A DNA stretch of 64,000 bases from an uncultured Acetobacteraceae bacterium (GCA_964401305.1 CAYNYQ010000001.1:98-64097), one strand, 5' to 3'. Shown: positions 8,701 to 17,242, counted from the first letter of the stretch. The notes: generated by a model not told the origin, from the sequence alone. Made by a program: numbers and translations.

Positions 8701-9708
8701 ATGCGAGAGGCCCGCCACAAGGCGCTGCTGCGCAAGGCCATATCCGCCTGCGTCGCGGCGATCGAGGTTTACAACAAGCCGGTCATGCCGCACCGGGACG
8801 AGACGTTCGCCATGCTGGCGGTGAACGCGTGGGAGCTGCTGCTGAAGGCGCGCCTGGTGAAGGAGGCGGGCAACAAGCTGCAGGCGATTCAGGTTCTCGT
8901 GCCGGTGACGGGGAAGGACGGAAAGCCGACCAAGCGGCTCCGCGTCGAGAAGAACCGGTCCGGCAACCCGAAGACGATTTCGCTGGTCGAGGCGATGAGG
9001 CGCGTCGCTGCACTGCCGAAGCAGCGGCTGGAGAAGGCGTGCGCGGCGAACATCCTGTCGCTGATGGAGATCCGCGACAACGCAGTGCATTTCCTGAACC
9101 ATGACCCGGAGATGGCGCGGCGGACCCATGAGGCGGGCACGGCCTGCATCCGCAACTTCGTGGCAGCGGCAGGGGAGTGGTTCGACGAGGACCTGAGCGA
9201 GCATCGCTTCATGATCCTGCCGCTCTCCTTCGAGACCGTGACCGGACCTGCCATTGCAGTGCCTGCTCGCCGGTCACGGCAGGCCGCGAACCTGATGGCT
9301 TACCTTGACCGCACCGGGGACTCGTACCCGGTCACTCCGGGCAACCGCTACGCGGCGTCCGTGAAGGTGGAGACCCGCATCGTCGGGGCACGCAACCTCG
9401 ATGCCATCGCGGTGCGGCTGACGTCCGGCGCCGACGCCCCGGAAGTGCGGCTCACTGACGAGCAGGTGGCCGGGACCTGGCCTTATACGTACCATGCGTT
9501 CACGGCGCGGCTTCGCAAGCGGCTCCCGGGCCTGAAGCTCAACAAGGCGTTCCATGACGCCATGAAGCCGATCAAGCAGAACCCGCGCTTCGTATTCCGT
9601 CGGCGGCTGGACCCGCGCGATCCGAAGTGCACGGTCTACAAGGACTTTTTTAGCGACGCCGCGGTGGATGCGGCGGTGAAGGTACTCGAGCCGCTGACGC
9701 TGATCTGA
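8701..9708 (+). CDS. DUF3644-like protein with HEPN-type Rx4H motif
   Basis: AAIEVYNKP..RDETF..LAVNAWELLLKA is the DUF3644 signature as I recall it. MEIRDNAVHF contains R-x4-H. Confidence 0.65.
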   Translation: MREARHKALLRKAISACVAAIEVYNKPVMPHRDETFAMLAVNAWELLLKARLVKEAGNKLQAIQVLVPVTGKDGKPTKRLRVEKNRSGNPKTISLVEAMRRVAALPKQRLEKACAANILSLMEIRDNAVHFLNHDPEMARRTHEAGTACIRNFVAAAGEWFDEDLSEHRFMILPLSFETVTGPAIAVPARRSRQAANLMAYLDRTGDSYPVTPGNRYAASVKVETRIVGARNLDAIAVRLTSGADAPEVRLTDEQVAGTWPYTYHAFTARLRKRLPGLKLNKAFHDAMKPIKQNPRFVFRRRLDPRDPKCTVYKDFFSDAAVDAAVKVLEPLTLI

Positions 9709-10004
9709 GGCCCCTACCCCGGCTCAGCGAGCGGGAATTTTCCATAAGATATGTTATGGGGCAAGTAGATTGCGGCCGAGTTGAAGGGCTTAGACCCGTC
9801 CTCTTCCATAATACGTCTCTGATCCATGCCCGGCAACGCCCTCCGCTCGGCTCGCTCACCCGCGATAATCGTTGCGCGAGGGTTAGCCACTGTTAGAATG
9901 GCTCCAACTAGTGAGGAGCATTGGAAGAAGTACCAGCTAGTCTGCCGGAGTATTGGAGCGGCGAACCATTTAAGAGTGATTACATCTGCGCGTTGGGCAG
10001 CATT

Positions 10005-10556
10005 ATGTCGGAGAAAATAGTAGACCTGCGCCACTGCCGATCTCTGGCGCAACTCGTCTCTGAAGCTAGTGCGGCTAAGGCCAAGTATGTGATTGCTGGC
10101 CCCTTCCGGGTCGGGGCGGGTCGGAAGCGCGAAATCCCTTGCTTGTATGTAGTTGGCGGAAAACGATGCCGCACCATCAGAAATGTACTTACCGACAGGG
10201 CAAGTGATCGCAGGCTGATCAAGAAAAAATATCGAGAGGACATTGAGTGTCGGGCACGTCTGATGGTGGCCAACCACAAAAAGCGAGCGCAGCAACTCGG
10301 GATTCCTTTCGACTTGGACGCTACCTTCGTCGCGGAGAAAATACGGGCAGGGAAGTGTGAAGTCTCCGGGGTAGCGTTCGATCTGCTCACCCCACTAGGG
10401 CCGTTCTCCCCTACCCTCGATCAGCGACTGGCTCAGGGCGGCTACACCAAAGACAACGTCCAAGCTGTCTGCCGAATCTACAATCTGATGAAATCGAATT
10501 ATGCCGAGGCCGATGTGCGGCATTTCCTAACGCAGGCTGCGGCGAATCTCACGTGA
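10005..10556 (+). CDS. HNH-like (His-less variant) nuclease-family protein
   Basis: C-terminal CEVSGVAF...SPTLDQRLAQGGYTKDNVQAVCRIYNLMKSN resembles the SxDRID..GY..NV..V...N..K phage family. ATG at 10005 is preferred over the track start at 9921. AT-richer island. Confidence 0.5.
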   Translation: MSEKIVDLRHCRSLAQLVSEASAAKAKYVIAGPFRVGAGRKREIPCLYVVGGKRCRTIRNVLTDRASDRRLIKKKYREDIECRARLMVANHKKRAQQLGIPFDLDATFVAEKIRAGKCEVSGVAFDLLTPLGPFSPTLDQRLAQGGYTKDNVQAVCRIYNLMKSNYAEADVRHFLTQAAANLT

Positions 10557-10694
10557 CGTTATAACATACTCAATCGTATGATAAGCCCCGCTTACCGCGC
10601 ATTTGTCGAAGGCTGCCCTGTTTGCGGAGAAACGGGCATTCAGAAGGGCTTGGCCGCAGCCGTCCGGATGCCGGTGATCGTCCTGCGGGGACGC

Positions 10695-10979
10695 TCAGGC
10701 CGCTTCGGCAGCCTCGTCGAACAGGTCAGGCTGGGCGGACATGCCAAGGGCCACGGCGTAGAGGTCCAGCATGTGCTCCTTCTGCTGGCGCTCGTCGGTG
10801 TCCAGCTTCCTCAGCTTAAGGATCTCCCGCATCGTCGGCACGTCGAAGCCATTGCCACGCGCCTCGGCGAAGACGTCGCGGATGTCGTCCGCAATGGATT
10901 GCTTCTCTTCGGTCAGACGCTCGATGCGCTCAATGTAGCTGCGAAGCTGATCCGCCGCGATATTCCCCACGGTAGCCAT
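10695..10979 (-). CDS. gapR: GapR-like nucleoid-associated protein (DUF2312/UPF0335)
   Basis: QLRSYIERIERLTEEKQSIADDIRDVFAEARGNGFDVPTMREILKLRK matches Caulobacter GapR (QLKSIIDRVERLEVEK..EVYAEAKGNGFDVKVLKKVVRIRK). Confidence 0.85.
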   Translation of the reverse strand: MATVGNIAADQLRSYIERIERLTEEKQSIADDIRDVFAEARGNGFDVPTMREILKLRKLDTDERQQKEHMLDLYAVALGMSAQPDLFDEAAEAA

Positions 10980-11057
10980 TTAACCCCCCTTTATTATTGT
11001 TGAACGTCAAGTATAGATACCATAAATAGTCTAACGCGCAACTGAAAGCGGATACGG

Positions 11058-11282
11058 ATGGTTGCCCCCTCCCCTGCCCCGTCGCAGCTTTTCCCCGGTG
11101 TGACGATCGAAGCCGATGGCAGCCTGCGCTACACCGGCGGCGGCGTGGCGTCGGTCGGATACGTCAACTGGGACGCGGCTGAGCGCGGCGCGGTGCTCGA
11201 CGGCATTTTCACGCCGGAAGCGCTACGCAAGCTCGCCGAGCACATGGAGCGGCACATGAAAGGCCGCGGACAGGCCGGGTGA
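11058..11282 (+). CDS. hypothetical protein
   Basis: 74 aa with an ATG start. Its stop overlaps the GTG start of the next gene. Confidence 0.5.
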   Translation: MVAPSPAPSQLFPGVTIEADGSLRYTGGGVASVGYVNWDAAERGAVLDGIFTPEALRKLAEHMERHMKGRGQAG

Positions 11283-11692
11283 GGCCCCCTCCCCTCATCG
11301 CCGCTCTCGGCGGCATCCTCGCCTGGCTGTGGCGCGCGCTGTTCGGCCCACGGCTGCCGCACGGCTGGTCGGCCGCGTTCATCGCCTCCGATGACTTCCT
11401 GCGCACGCGCCAGTGGGCAGCGGTGCGCTACGAGGCGCTACGCGCGAATGACGGTCGCTGTGAACTCTGCGGACGCGGCAGGCATGAAGGCGTCCGGCTC
11501 AACGTCGACCACATCCAGCCGCGGCATAAGGCCCCTCACCTCGCCCTCACCTTGAACAACCTGCAGGTCCTCTGCGGCGGTGAGGGTGGCTGCAATTCCG
11601 GCAAGGGCGGGCGCCATCATGATGACTGGCGCTCGCCGGAGCATCCGCACCGGCCCCGGCGGCTGCGGCTACGCTTCAGGCGCTCGGTATGA
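11279..11692 (+). CDS. HNH endonuclease
   Basis: CELCG....VDHIQPRHK....NLQVLC..C.N.GKG is the classical HNHc pattern. Confidence 0.75.
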   Translation: MRPPPLIAALGGILAWLWRALFGPRLPHGWSAAFIASDDFLRTRQWAAVRYEALRANDGRCELCGRGRHEGVRLNVDHIQPRHKAPHLALTLNNLQVLCGGEGGCNSGKGGRHHDDWRSPEHPHRPRRLRLRFRRSV

Positions 11693-11749
11693 CCGTCCGA
11701 CCGTCGTTCGGTAGAACGGTAGCACAGTTTATCTAGTCATACGTCCGAC
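11687..11749. repeat. left cluster of GTATGAC / GTCCGAC repeats (centromere-like)
   Basis: GTATGACCGTCCGAC at 11687..11701 and GTCATACGTCCGAC at 11736..11749. The same words occur in the 12842..13277 array. Confidence 0.5.
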
Positions 11750-12185
11750 GGCGGCGCTGTGGCTGAAGCTCGGACGGTGGCACGGGGTAACCAGCTTCGT
11801 GAAACACGCGCGCGACGAGGCGACGCAGACCCCCCTCCCCTTCCGCCGCCTCGGCCAGCATTTTGGCAAACGGCTTCGATGCCTTGAACGACATCATAAG
11901 GACAGGCTCGGCTGCCGGCTTCGTCGCAGGCGGCAACGGCGCAGGCGGCGGCTGAACCGCAACGGGTGCCGGTGGGATGATCGGCTCCGTGGGCGGAGGC
12001 GGCGGAGCAGTCACGACGGGCTGCGGCGCAGGCGGCTCGGGCGGAGCGGCTGGCGGTGGTGACGTCGGAATCAGCGTCGCCGCTATGGGTGCGAGGGCCG
12101 CTGCCAACTCCTTGCTCGATGGCCGTGGCGGAGCCTGACCCCCCTCCCCCGGCTCCTCAATGCGCTTGGGCTTGAACGCGGCCAT
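11733..12185 (-). CDS. ParA partner protein (ParB/ParG-like, Pro-rich)
   Basis: 150 aa immediately downstream of parA, with a 1-nt overlap. Long Pro/Ala-rich spacer, then a short basic C-terminal domain. The call rests on position only. Confidence 0.45.
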   Translation of the reverse strand: MAAFKPKRIEEPGEGGQAPPRPSSKELAAALAPIAATLIPTSPPPAAPPEPPAPQPVVTAPPPPPTEPIIPPAPVAVQPPPAPLPPATKPAAEPVLMMSFKASKPFAKMLAEAAEGEGGLRRLVARVFHEAGYPVPPSELQPQRRRRTYD

Positions 12186-12841
12186 CAGGCAGCCCTCCGC
12201 GCGGGCTTGGCTGGTATCGCGCCGAGGCCGATCAGCTCGTCCACGACCTTCCCGGTATGCAGGCCGATTTTGCCGGACATCGGCACCTTCCCGGACAGCG
12301 TCAGCTTCCCGAAGTCGGACAGGTCGGGAAAGAAGTTGTCCAGCACGGGCGCGCCCGACGCCTCGAGGTCGGCCAGCACGGCGCGCTCGACCAGTCCCTT
12401 CGGATTCCAGCGTGACCGCACAATGGCCACCGGGATCTCCCGGCGGCTCGCTTTGGCGAAGGAGCCGACCTGCCGCACCATCCGCATCGCTTCCACCGTG
12501 CTTGCCCGGTCGGGCATGACCGGGACCAGCACGTAATCGGCGGTGCCGGAGGCGAAGGCGGCAGTGGTGTTGCCGAAGCCCGCCGTGTCGATGATCACCA
12601 CGTCATGCTCGGCGGCCTGCTGCTGGGCATGATCGACGATCTCGTCCTGCCGCACCTCAGCGCTGCAGTCGAACGGCGCACCCTCATAGATGCGGTGCCA
12701 TTGCGCGAAGCAGGCATTCGGATCGGCGTCGATGACGGCCACCCGGTATCGCATCGCGGCCAGCGTCGCCGACAGCACCATGCTCAGCGTCGACTTGGCG
12801 GTGCCCCCCTTCCCCGAGGCCACCGTGATGATACGTCCCAT
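12185..12841 (-). CDS. parA: ParA-family partition ATPase
   Basis: MGRIITVASGKGGTAKST deviant Walker A, VAVIDADPN, and VVIIDTAGF. Confidence 0.85.
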   Translation of the reverse strand: MGRIITVASGKGGTAKSTLSMVLSATLAAMRYRVAVIDADPNACFAQWHRIYEGAPFDCSAEVRQDEIVDHAQQQAAEHDVVIIDTAGFGNTTAAFASGTADYVLVPVMPDRASTVEAMRMVRQVGSFAKASRREIPVAIVRSRWNPKGLVERAVLADLEASGAPVLDNFFPDLSDFGKLTLSGKVPMSGKIGLHTGKVVDELIGLGAIPAKPARRAA

Positions 12842-13277
12842 AGAAGTCCCCCGTCGGACGGTATGACCGTACCCCTCGGTCCGACCGTACCCCTGTAACT
12901 CGTCGGACCATAAAACCGGGCCGACGGTCGGATCAATCTTTCTGGCCGACGGTCAGACGGTTCTACGGCGTATGGTCATTCGAGCCACACCGAAGGACGG
13001 TATGACCGAAAGACCGACAGACCATAGATCGGTCAAGACGGGGTGATGGTATTACAGTAACTCGGTGAGACGGTCGGACCCGTCGGACCGTCCTGCGGTC
13101 TGACCGCTCTGCCAGTAGGACTGTCGCTCCGGAATGACCGGTATTACGTTTGCCGTCAGACAAGTACGTCGGTATGACGGGTCCGACTGTCAGACGTGCC
13201 TTGAGCGATAACCCCTGACAGGTATGACCACCGCAATGTCGAACCGATCGGACCGTCGGACCGTATGACGGATGCCG
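12842..13277. repeat. centromere-like (parS/iteron) repeat array
   Basis: 436 bp with no credible ORF. At least 11 exact GTCNGAC heptamers and 5 GTATGAC words. A 19-mer CCGTCGGACGGTATGACCG (12851) recurs as CCGTCGGACCGTATGACGG (13253). Confidence 0.65.
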
Positions 13278-13691
13278 TCAAGTGCCTGCAAGTTCTTTAA
13301 ATGACAGTACGAGCGGATCGGTACGAGGCGCATGGACCTCGCCCCACTGCTCTTCCGAATACACCTGCACGAAGTCCACCTGACCCCGGCGGAACGCCTC
13401 CACCAGTCCGGCCAGATTGTATCCGGTCACCTGCACCCGGACGTCCCGACACTGCAGCCAGACCCAAGCGACATGGCACTGCCCGGCATCGGCCTCCTCC
13501 GCCGCGTAGCCGACGCTGCGGATCTCGGCGATCGGAACCAGCAGCCCTCCCGCCGGCTCGCCGCGGCCGGGGAAGGGGGCGTCGCGGAACTCCACCATGA
13601 CGCTGTCCGGGTGCTCCCGGCCCCATGGCCGGTAGGGCACAGCCTCGGCCCGGCCCTGCCTCTCCAGCCAAGCGGGAAAGCTCTCCGACAT
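13278..13691 (-). CDS. hypothetical protein
   Basis: 137 aa with an ATG start; no motif recognised. Confidence 0.5.
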   Translation of the reverse strand: MSESFPAWLERQGRAEAVPYRPWGREHPDSVMVEFRDAPFPGRGEPAGGLLVPIAEIRSVGYAAEEADAGQCHVAWVWLQCRDVRVQVTGYNLAGLVEAFRRGQVDFVQVYSEEQWGEVHAPRTDPLVLSFKELAGT

Positions 13692-13800
13692 CGCCGCACC
13701 TCCTGCGGTAGCGTAGCACGGCCCGGGGCAGATCGGCGTCGCATCAAGGCGGCATAAATGCGGAAGCCCTTATTTGACGCCGTCACGCAATCACGCCACA

Positions 13801-13832
13801 AAGGTTCGCAAGAACCTGTAACTGCACCTTTA
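13801..13832 (+). other. candidate oriT (MOBQ type)
   Basis: Inverted repeat AGGTTC-gcaa-GAACCT followed by GTAACTGCACCTT, 15 nt upstream of the relaxase ATG. It resembles the RSF1010 hairpin plus the TAAGTGCGCCCT nick region as I recall it. Confidence 0.45.
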
Positions 13833-13846
13833 GAAAAACCACTCTT

Positions 13847-14932
13847 ATGCCTGAAGCTGCCTTCTACCGCAGCGAGTTCAAGAACCACTCCCGGCGCAGC
13901 CCGCTTTCACCGGAGGCTGCTGCTGCTTACCGGACCGGCTCGAAGTCGGTGGTGAGCCACAGCCCGATCCGCAACATTGCTTACCGCTCCGGGTCCGCCC
14001 TTTTCGACGAGCAGGAGCAGACCGGACACGATTACACGAACCGGGCGCGGCGGATCATTGAGCGCAGCGCCATCTGGGCCCCACCTGGCGCTCCTGACTG
14101 GGCCACTGACCGCCAGCGGCTATGGACCGAGGCGCTGAAGCTCGAGACCCGCAAGAACGCCCGGTGGATGAAGGAGAACATCCTCACCCTCGACTATGGC
14201 CTGAACCGCGACCAGCGATGGGCGGCGGTCGAGAAGTATGCCCGCGACGCCTTCGTCCGGCGCGGCATCATCGTCGATGCCTCGATGCACCGCTACGGCG
14301 CGCTGGTCGAGCCGACCGACGAGGACTTCGCCGAGAAGCTGGCGGAGTGGCAGGGCAGGGGGCATCCCTTCCTCGACGAGGCCACGGCGCTGAAGACGGA
14401 CGCGGTGCATGTCATGGTCGAACGTGCCAAGGACGGCACGCTGCGGGGCTACCGGCTCTACCAGCCGCACGCGCATCTCTCTCTGCTGACGCGCTCGATC
14501 GGCCCCGGCGGCTTCGGGCCGAAGCTGGAGATGATGAACCAGAAGCGCCAACTATTCCTCTGGCGTCAGGCGTGGGAGCAGCACCTCAACGAGGCGCTCG
14601 CCGCCGCCGGGAGCACGGCGCGGGCGGATTGCCGCAGCTACTTCGCGCAGGGCATCGACAAGAAGCCGACCAGGCCGCACGGGCTGGCCAAGCGCCTGAA
14701 AGCCCCGTCGGAAAAAATGCAGAAGCGCATCGCCGAGAACCACGACGTCAGTAGCTGGAATTACGCGCTCGATGTCGCGCGGCGCTCGGCGCGGCTGGTC
14801 GGCCCCATCGCTGGCGCGCTGGCGACGGGTAATCCCATCATGCTCGGCGTGGCGGTAGGTAACGCCGTGGCGCAGGTCTCGGCAGGGCAGGGGAGGGACC
14901 GCCTGCCGCCGCGCTCTCCCGGGGTCTCCTGA
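13847..14932 (+). CDS. MobA/MobL-family (MOBQ-like) relaxase
   Basis: AYRSGSALFDEQEQTGHDYTNR, APDWATDRQRLWTEALKLE, IVDASMH, QPHAHLSLL, GFGPKLEMMN, WRQAWEQHLNEAL and CRSYFAQGI follow the MobA/MobL block order. Confidence 0.8.
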   Translation: MPEAAFYRSEFKNHSRRSPLSPEAAAAYRTGSKSVVSHSPIRNIAYRSGSALFDEQEQTGHDYTNRARRIIERSAIWAPPGAPDWATDRQRLWTEALKLETRKNARWMKENILTLDYGLNRDQRWAAVEKYARDAFVRRGIIVDASMHRYGALVEPTDEDFAEKLAEWQGRGHPFLDEATALKTDAVHVMVERAKDGTLRGYRLYQPHAHLSLLTRSIGPGGFGPKLEMMNQKRQLFLWRQAWEQHLNEALAAAGSTARADCRSYFAQGIDKKPTRPHGLAKRLKAPSEKMQKRIAENHDVSSWNYALDVARRSARLVGPIAGALATGNPIMLGVAVGNAVAQVSAGQGRDRLPPRSPGVS

Positions 14933-15447
14933 TGGTGCGAGGACGCCCTCAGCACCACACCAAAGCCGTGGTGACGACGCCGCCAATGATGGAGGCGGGG
15001 CCAGTGCTGACGGAGGATGACCCCTATCTCGGCCCCGGCGCTCCCTACCGAATGATGCGCCTGGTGCGCGGCAACCGCTCCGCCAAGCGATGCCGCCTGC
15101 GCCCGGCGCAAGGGCCGGGGCATAACCCGAAGTGGGCATACATCTTCGATCTCATCGACGATTTCGAGCGGCACGGCAGCCGCACGGCGCAGAGCATCAC
15201 GATGGTCACGAATGTCGGCACGTTCCAGATCGAGGGCTTCGGCCTCGATGTGCCGGGCGGCCTGTACGAGATGCTCGAGCAGGAACACGTGCTGGAAGTC
15301 GCGGCCTATGACGTGAGGCGGCACGGCACGAAGCCGAGCGGGCCCTACGTCAGCGCCATCCGCGAGGTGCTGGAGGCGCAAGGGAAGCCAGAGCCGCAGG
15401 AAGAACCAGACGAGGGCGAGCGCCACGAAGGGGCGCGAGCCGCGTAG
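14932..15447 (+). CDS. hypothetical protein
   Basis: 171 aa. The ATG overlaps the relaxase stop (TGATG). Confidence 0.5.
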   Translation: MVRGRPQHHTKAVVTTPPMMEAGPVLTEDDPYLGPGAPYRMMRLVRGNRSAKRCRLRPAQGPGHNPKWAYIFDLIDDFERHGSRTAQSITMVTNVGTFQIEGFGLDVPGGLYEMLEQEHVLEVAAYDVRRHGTKPSGPYVSAIREVLEAQGKPEPQEEPDEGERHEGARAA

Positions 15448-15451
15448 AAAA

Positions 15452-15473
15452 GCACGGGCCGAAAGACCCGTGC
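15452..15473. terminator. bidirectional intrinsic terminator between convergent genes
   Basis: 7-bp stem GCACGGG/CCCGTGC, flanked by AAAA on the plus strand, which reads TTTTCT after the hairpin on the minus strand (ArdC side). Confidence 0.55.
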
Positions 15474-15498
15474 CGTTCCACACGGGCAGGGGAGGGGC

Positions 15499-16431
15499 CT
15501 AAGCGGCCTCCTCCATCTCCTCCTCGTCCGGGGCTTCGGCCTTCGGCTGCAGCGAGTGCAGGAAGTCGGCGGCGCGTTGGGCATGGGCCGAAGCTTGGAA
15601 GATGAAGCGCTTGTCGTTCTTCAGCGCCTTGAGCCATGACGCGATATAGGAAGCGTGCTCCTGCCTCGGGTCCGGCTCGATGCCAAGATCGGCGCAAAGG
15701 AACACGGAACCCAGCTCGGCAACCAGCTCCTCCTGCGCGTAGCCCTCATCGCCGAAGCGCTTACGCCCGAAGTCGCGGTCGAGGCGGCTCGGTGCCTTGG
15801 TCCAGTGCACCAGCTCGTGCAGCGCAGTGCCGTAGTAGGCCTCGGCATCGGCGAACGTCTCGAACGGGGGCATGCGGATGCGGTCTGTGGCCACGTTGTA
15901 GGCTGCGACATTCCCGCCATGCTCGACACTCGCGCCAGTGTTGGCGATGAAGATGTCGGCGGCGGTGATCCGCTCCATGTCGGTCTTGGGCTGCACCGCC
16001 TTGGCGTAGAAGTGCGGGGGCAGGCCGTCGATCTGCTCCACGTTGAAGACGCTGTAGGACTTCAGGAAGAAGATGGAGCGCTCCTCGTCCGTCTCCTCGT
16101 CGCGCCGCTTGATCTTGTCGGCATAGGTGACGGGGCTGGCCCTCTCGCCCTTCCTGACCTGGCCGCCAAGCTCTGCGGCCTGCCGGTAGGTCATCCAGAT
16201 CGGGGCGCTGTATCCCTTCGCCTCCGCTGCCATCCACAGCATGACAACATTAATTCCGCGATACGGAACGGAATTGTGGCGCAAAGGCCGAGTAATTCTC
16301 CCTGCCGCGTGCTCGGCATTCCAAGGCTTCCGCCAAGGTGGCGTTCCCGCTTCCAGTGCTGCGATGATAGCGTCCGTGACCGTCTGATAGATGTCCGCGC
16401 GCTCGGTGGCGGGCTTGCTGATCTTCCTCAT
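15499..16431 (-). CDS. ardC: ArdC-type antirestriction protein (ssDNA-binding N-domain + metalloprotease)
   Basis: ATG at 16431 with a GGAG RBS. PPWRKPW, PYRGINVVMLW, WMTYRQAAELGGQVRKGE and HELVHWT match ArdC/DUF1738 plus the HExxH domain. Confidence 0.85.
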   Translation of the reverse strand: MRKISKPATERADIYQTVTDAIIAALEAGTPPWRKPWNAEHAAGRITRPLRHNSVPYRGINVVMLWMAAEAKGYSAPIWMTYRQAAELGGQVRKGERASPVTYADKIKRRDEETDEERSIFFLKSYSVFNVEQIDGLPPHFYAKAVQPKTDMERITAADIFIANTGASVEHGGNVAAYNVATDRIRMPPFETFADAEAYYGTALHELVHWTKAPSRLDRDFGRKRFGDEGYAQEELVAELGSVFLCADLGIEPDPRQEHASYIASWLKALKNDKRFIFQASAHAQRAADFLHSLQPKAEAPDEEEMEEAA

Positions 16432-16661
16432 CTTAATATCTCCCAAGAAAAGCGAACGCTTTCTTGGGAACGAGCCCTGCGGCGGCGAGCACGGGTGAAT
16501 GCCGGAAAGCAGAAACGACAAGGTTGGTGCGGGCCGGAGCGCAGCGACTACTCGGCCTTGTCGTTTGTGCTTGTAGACAGAGGGCGGAGCCCTCCTAGAT
16601 GAACTTGTTAGACAAATGAAATTCGGAAGCTACAATAAGCGTCATTCAAATAGGAGGACTT

Positions 16662-17195
16662 GTGTTTGAGATTATGCCGAGAGAACTACCGACAAAAGTG
16701 AAGGATCGCTTTGGTCAACGATACGGAAACCTGACCGCTATCACCTTTAGCCATGTGCAGCGCCAGTACGCGTGGTGGTGGTTTCGCTGTGACTGCGGCG
16801 TGTATGTGCTCAAACGAGCCGGAGACGCGGGCCACAATAGTCGGTCGTGTGGGTGTGCGCGGTCACCATATGGCGTTGGGAGGAGCCATTCCCTTCAGTC
16901 TCCAAAATTCCACGGGATGTCGAAGACAAAGCTCTATGGGCGTTACCGGAACATGCTCAACAGATGCTACTTCCCCGGAGAAATCGGCTTCCACAACTAC
17001 GGAGGACGCGGCATCGCAGTGTGTGACGAGTGGCGCACTGATCCAAAGGCGTTTTTCGCTTGGGCACTCAACAACGGATATGACGAGAGCTTGGTCCTAG
17101 ACCGAATCGACAACGATGGCGATTACACGCCTGAGAACTGTCGTTGGGTCACGCGCTCCGTTAGTAACCGCAACAAGCGGCCTCGTCGGACATAA
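16662..17195 (+). CDS. HNH-like (degenerate) homing-endonuclease-family protein
   Basis: Paralogue of 7803..8465: RCDCG..SRSCGCA, NYGGRGIAVCDEW, NDGDYTPENCRWVTRSVSNRNKR. AT-richer island at about 16540-17240. Confidence 0.65.
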   Translation: MFEIMPRELPTKVKDRFGQRYGNLTAITFSHVQRQYAWWWFRCDCGVYVLKRAGDAGHNSRSCGCARSPYGVGRSHSLQSPKFHGMSKTKLYGRYRNMLNRCYFPGEIGFHNYGGRGIAVCDEWRTDPKAFFAWALNNGYDESLVLDRIDNDGDYTPENCRWVTRSVSNRNKRPRRT

Positions 17196-17242
17196 GATAC
17201 GCCCCCCTCTTATGGATGAAAATCCTCCGGAATGAGTTTTTT

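Noticed and set aside
9714-10295. A 193-aa minus-strand ORF overlapping the 10005..10556 gene.
   Set aside because: The translation has no motif and an odd composition. The plus-strand frame carries a recognisable nuclease-family C-terminus. The 9709..10004 part is left unannotated.
12842-13277. The repeat array as a possible CRISPR array.
   Set aside because: The repeats are 7-19 bp, irregularly spaced, in both orientations and partly palindromic. There is no 25-40-bp repeat/spacer periodicity and no cas genes.
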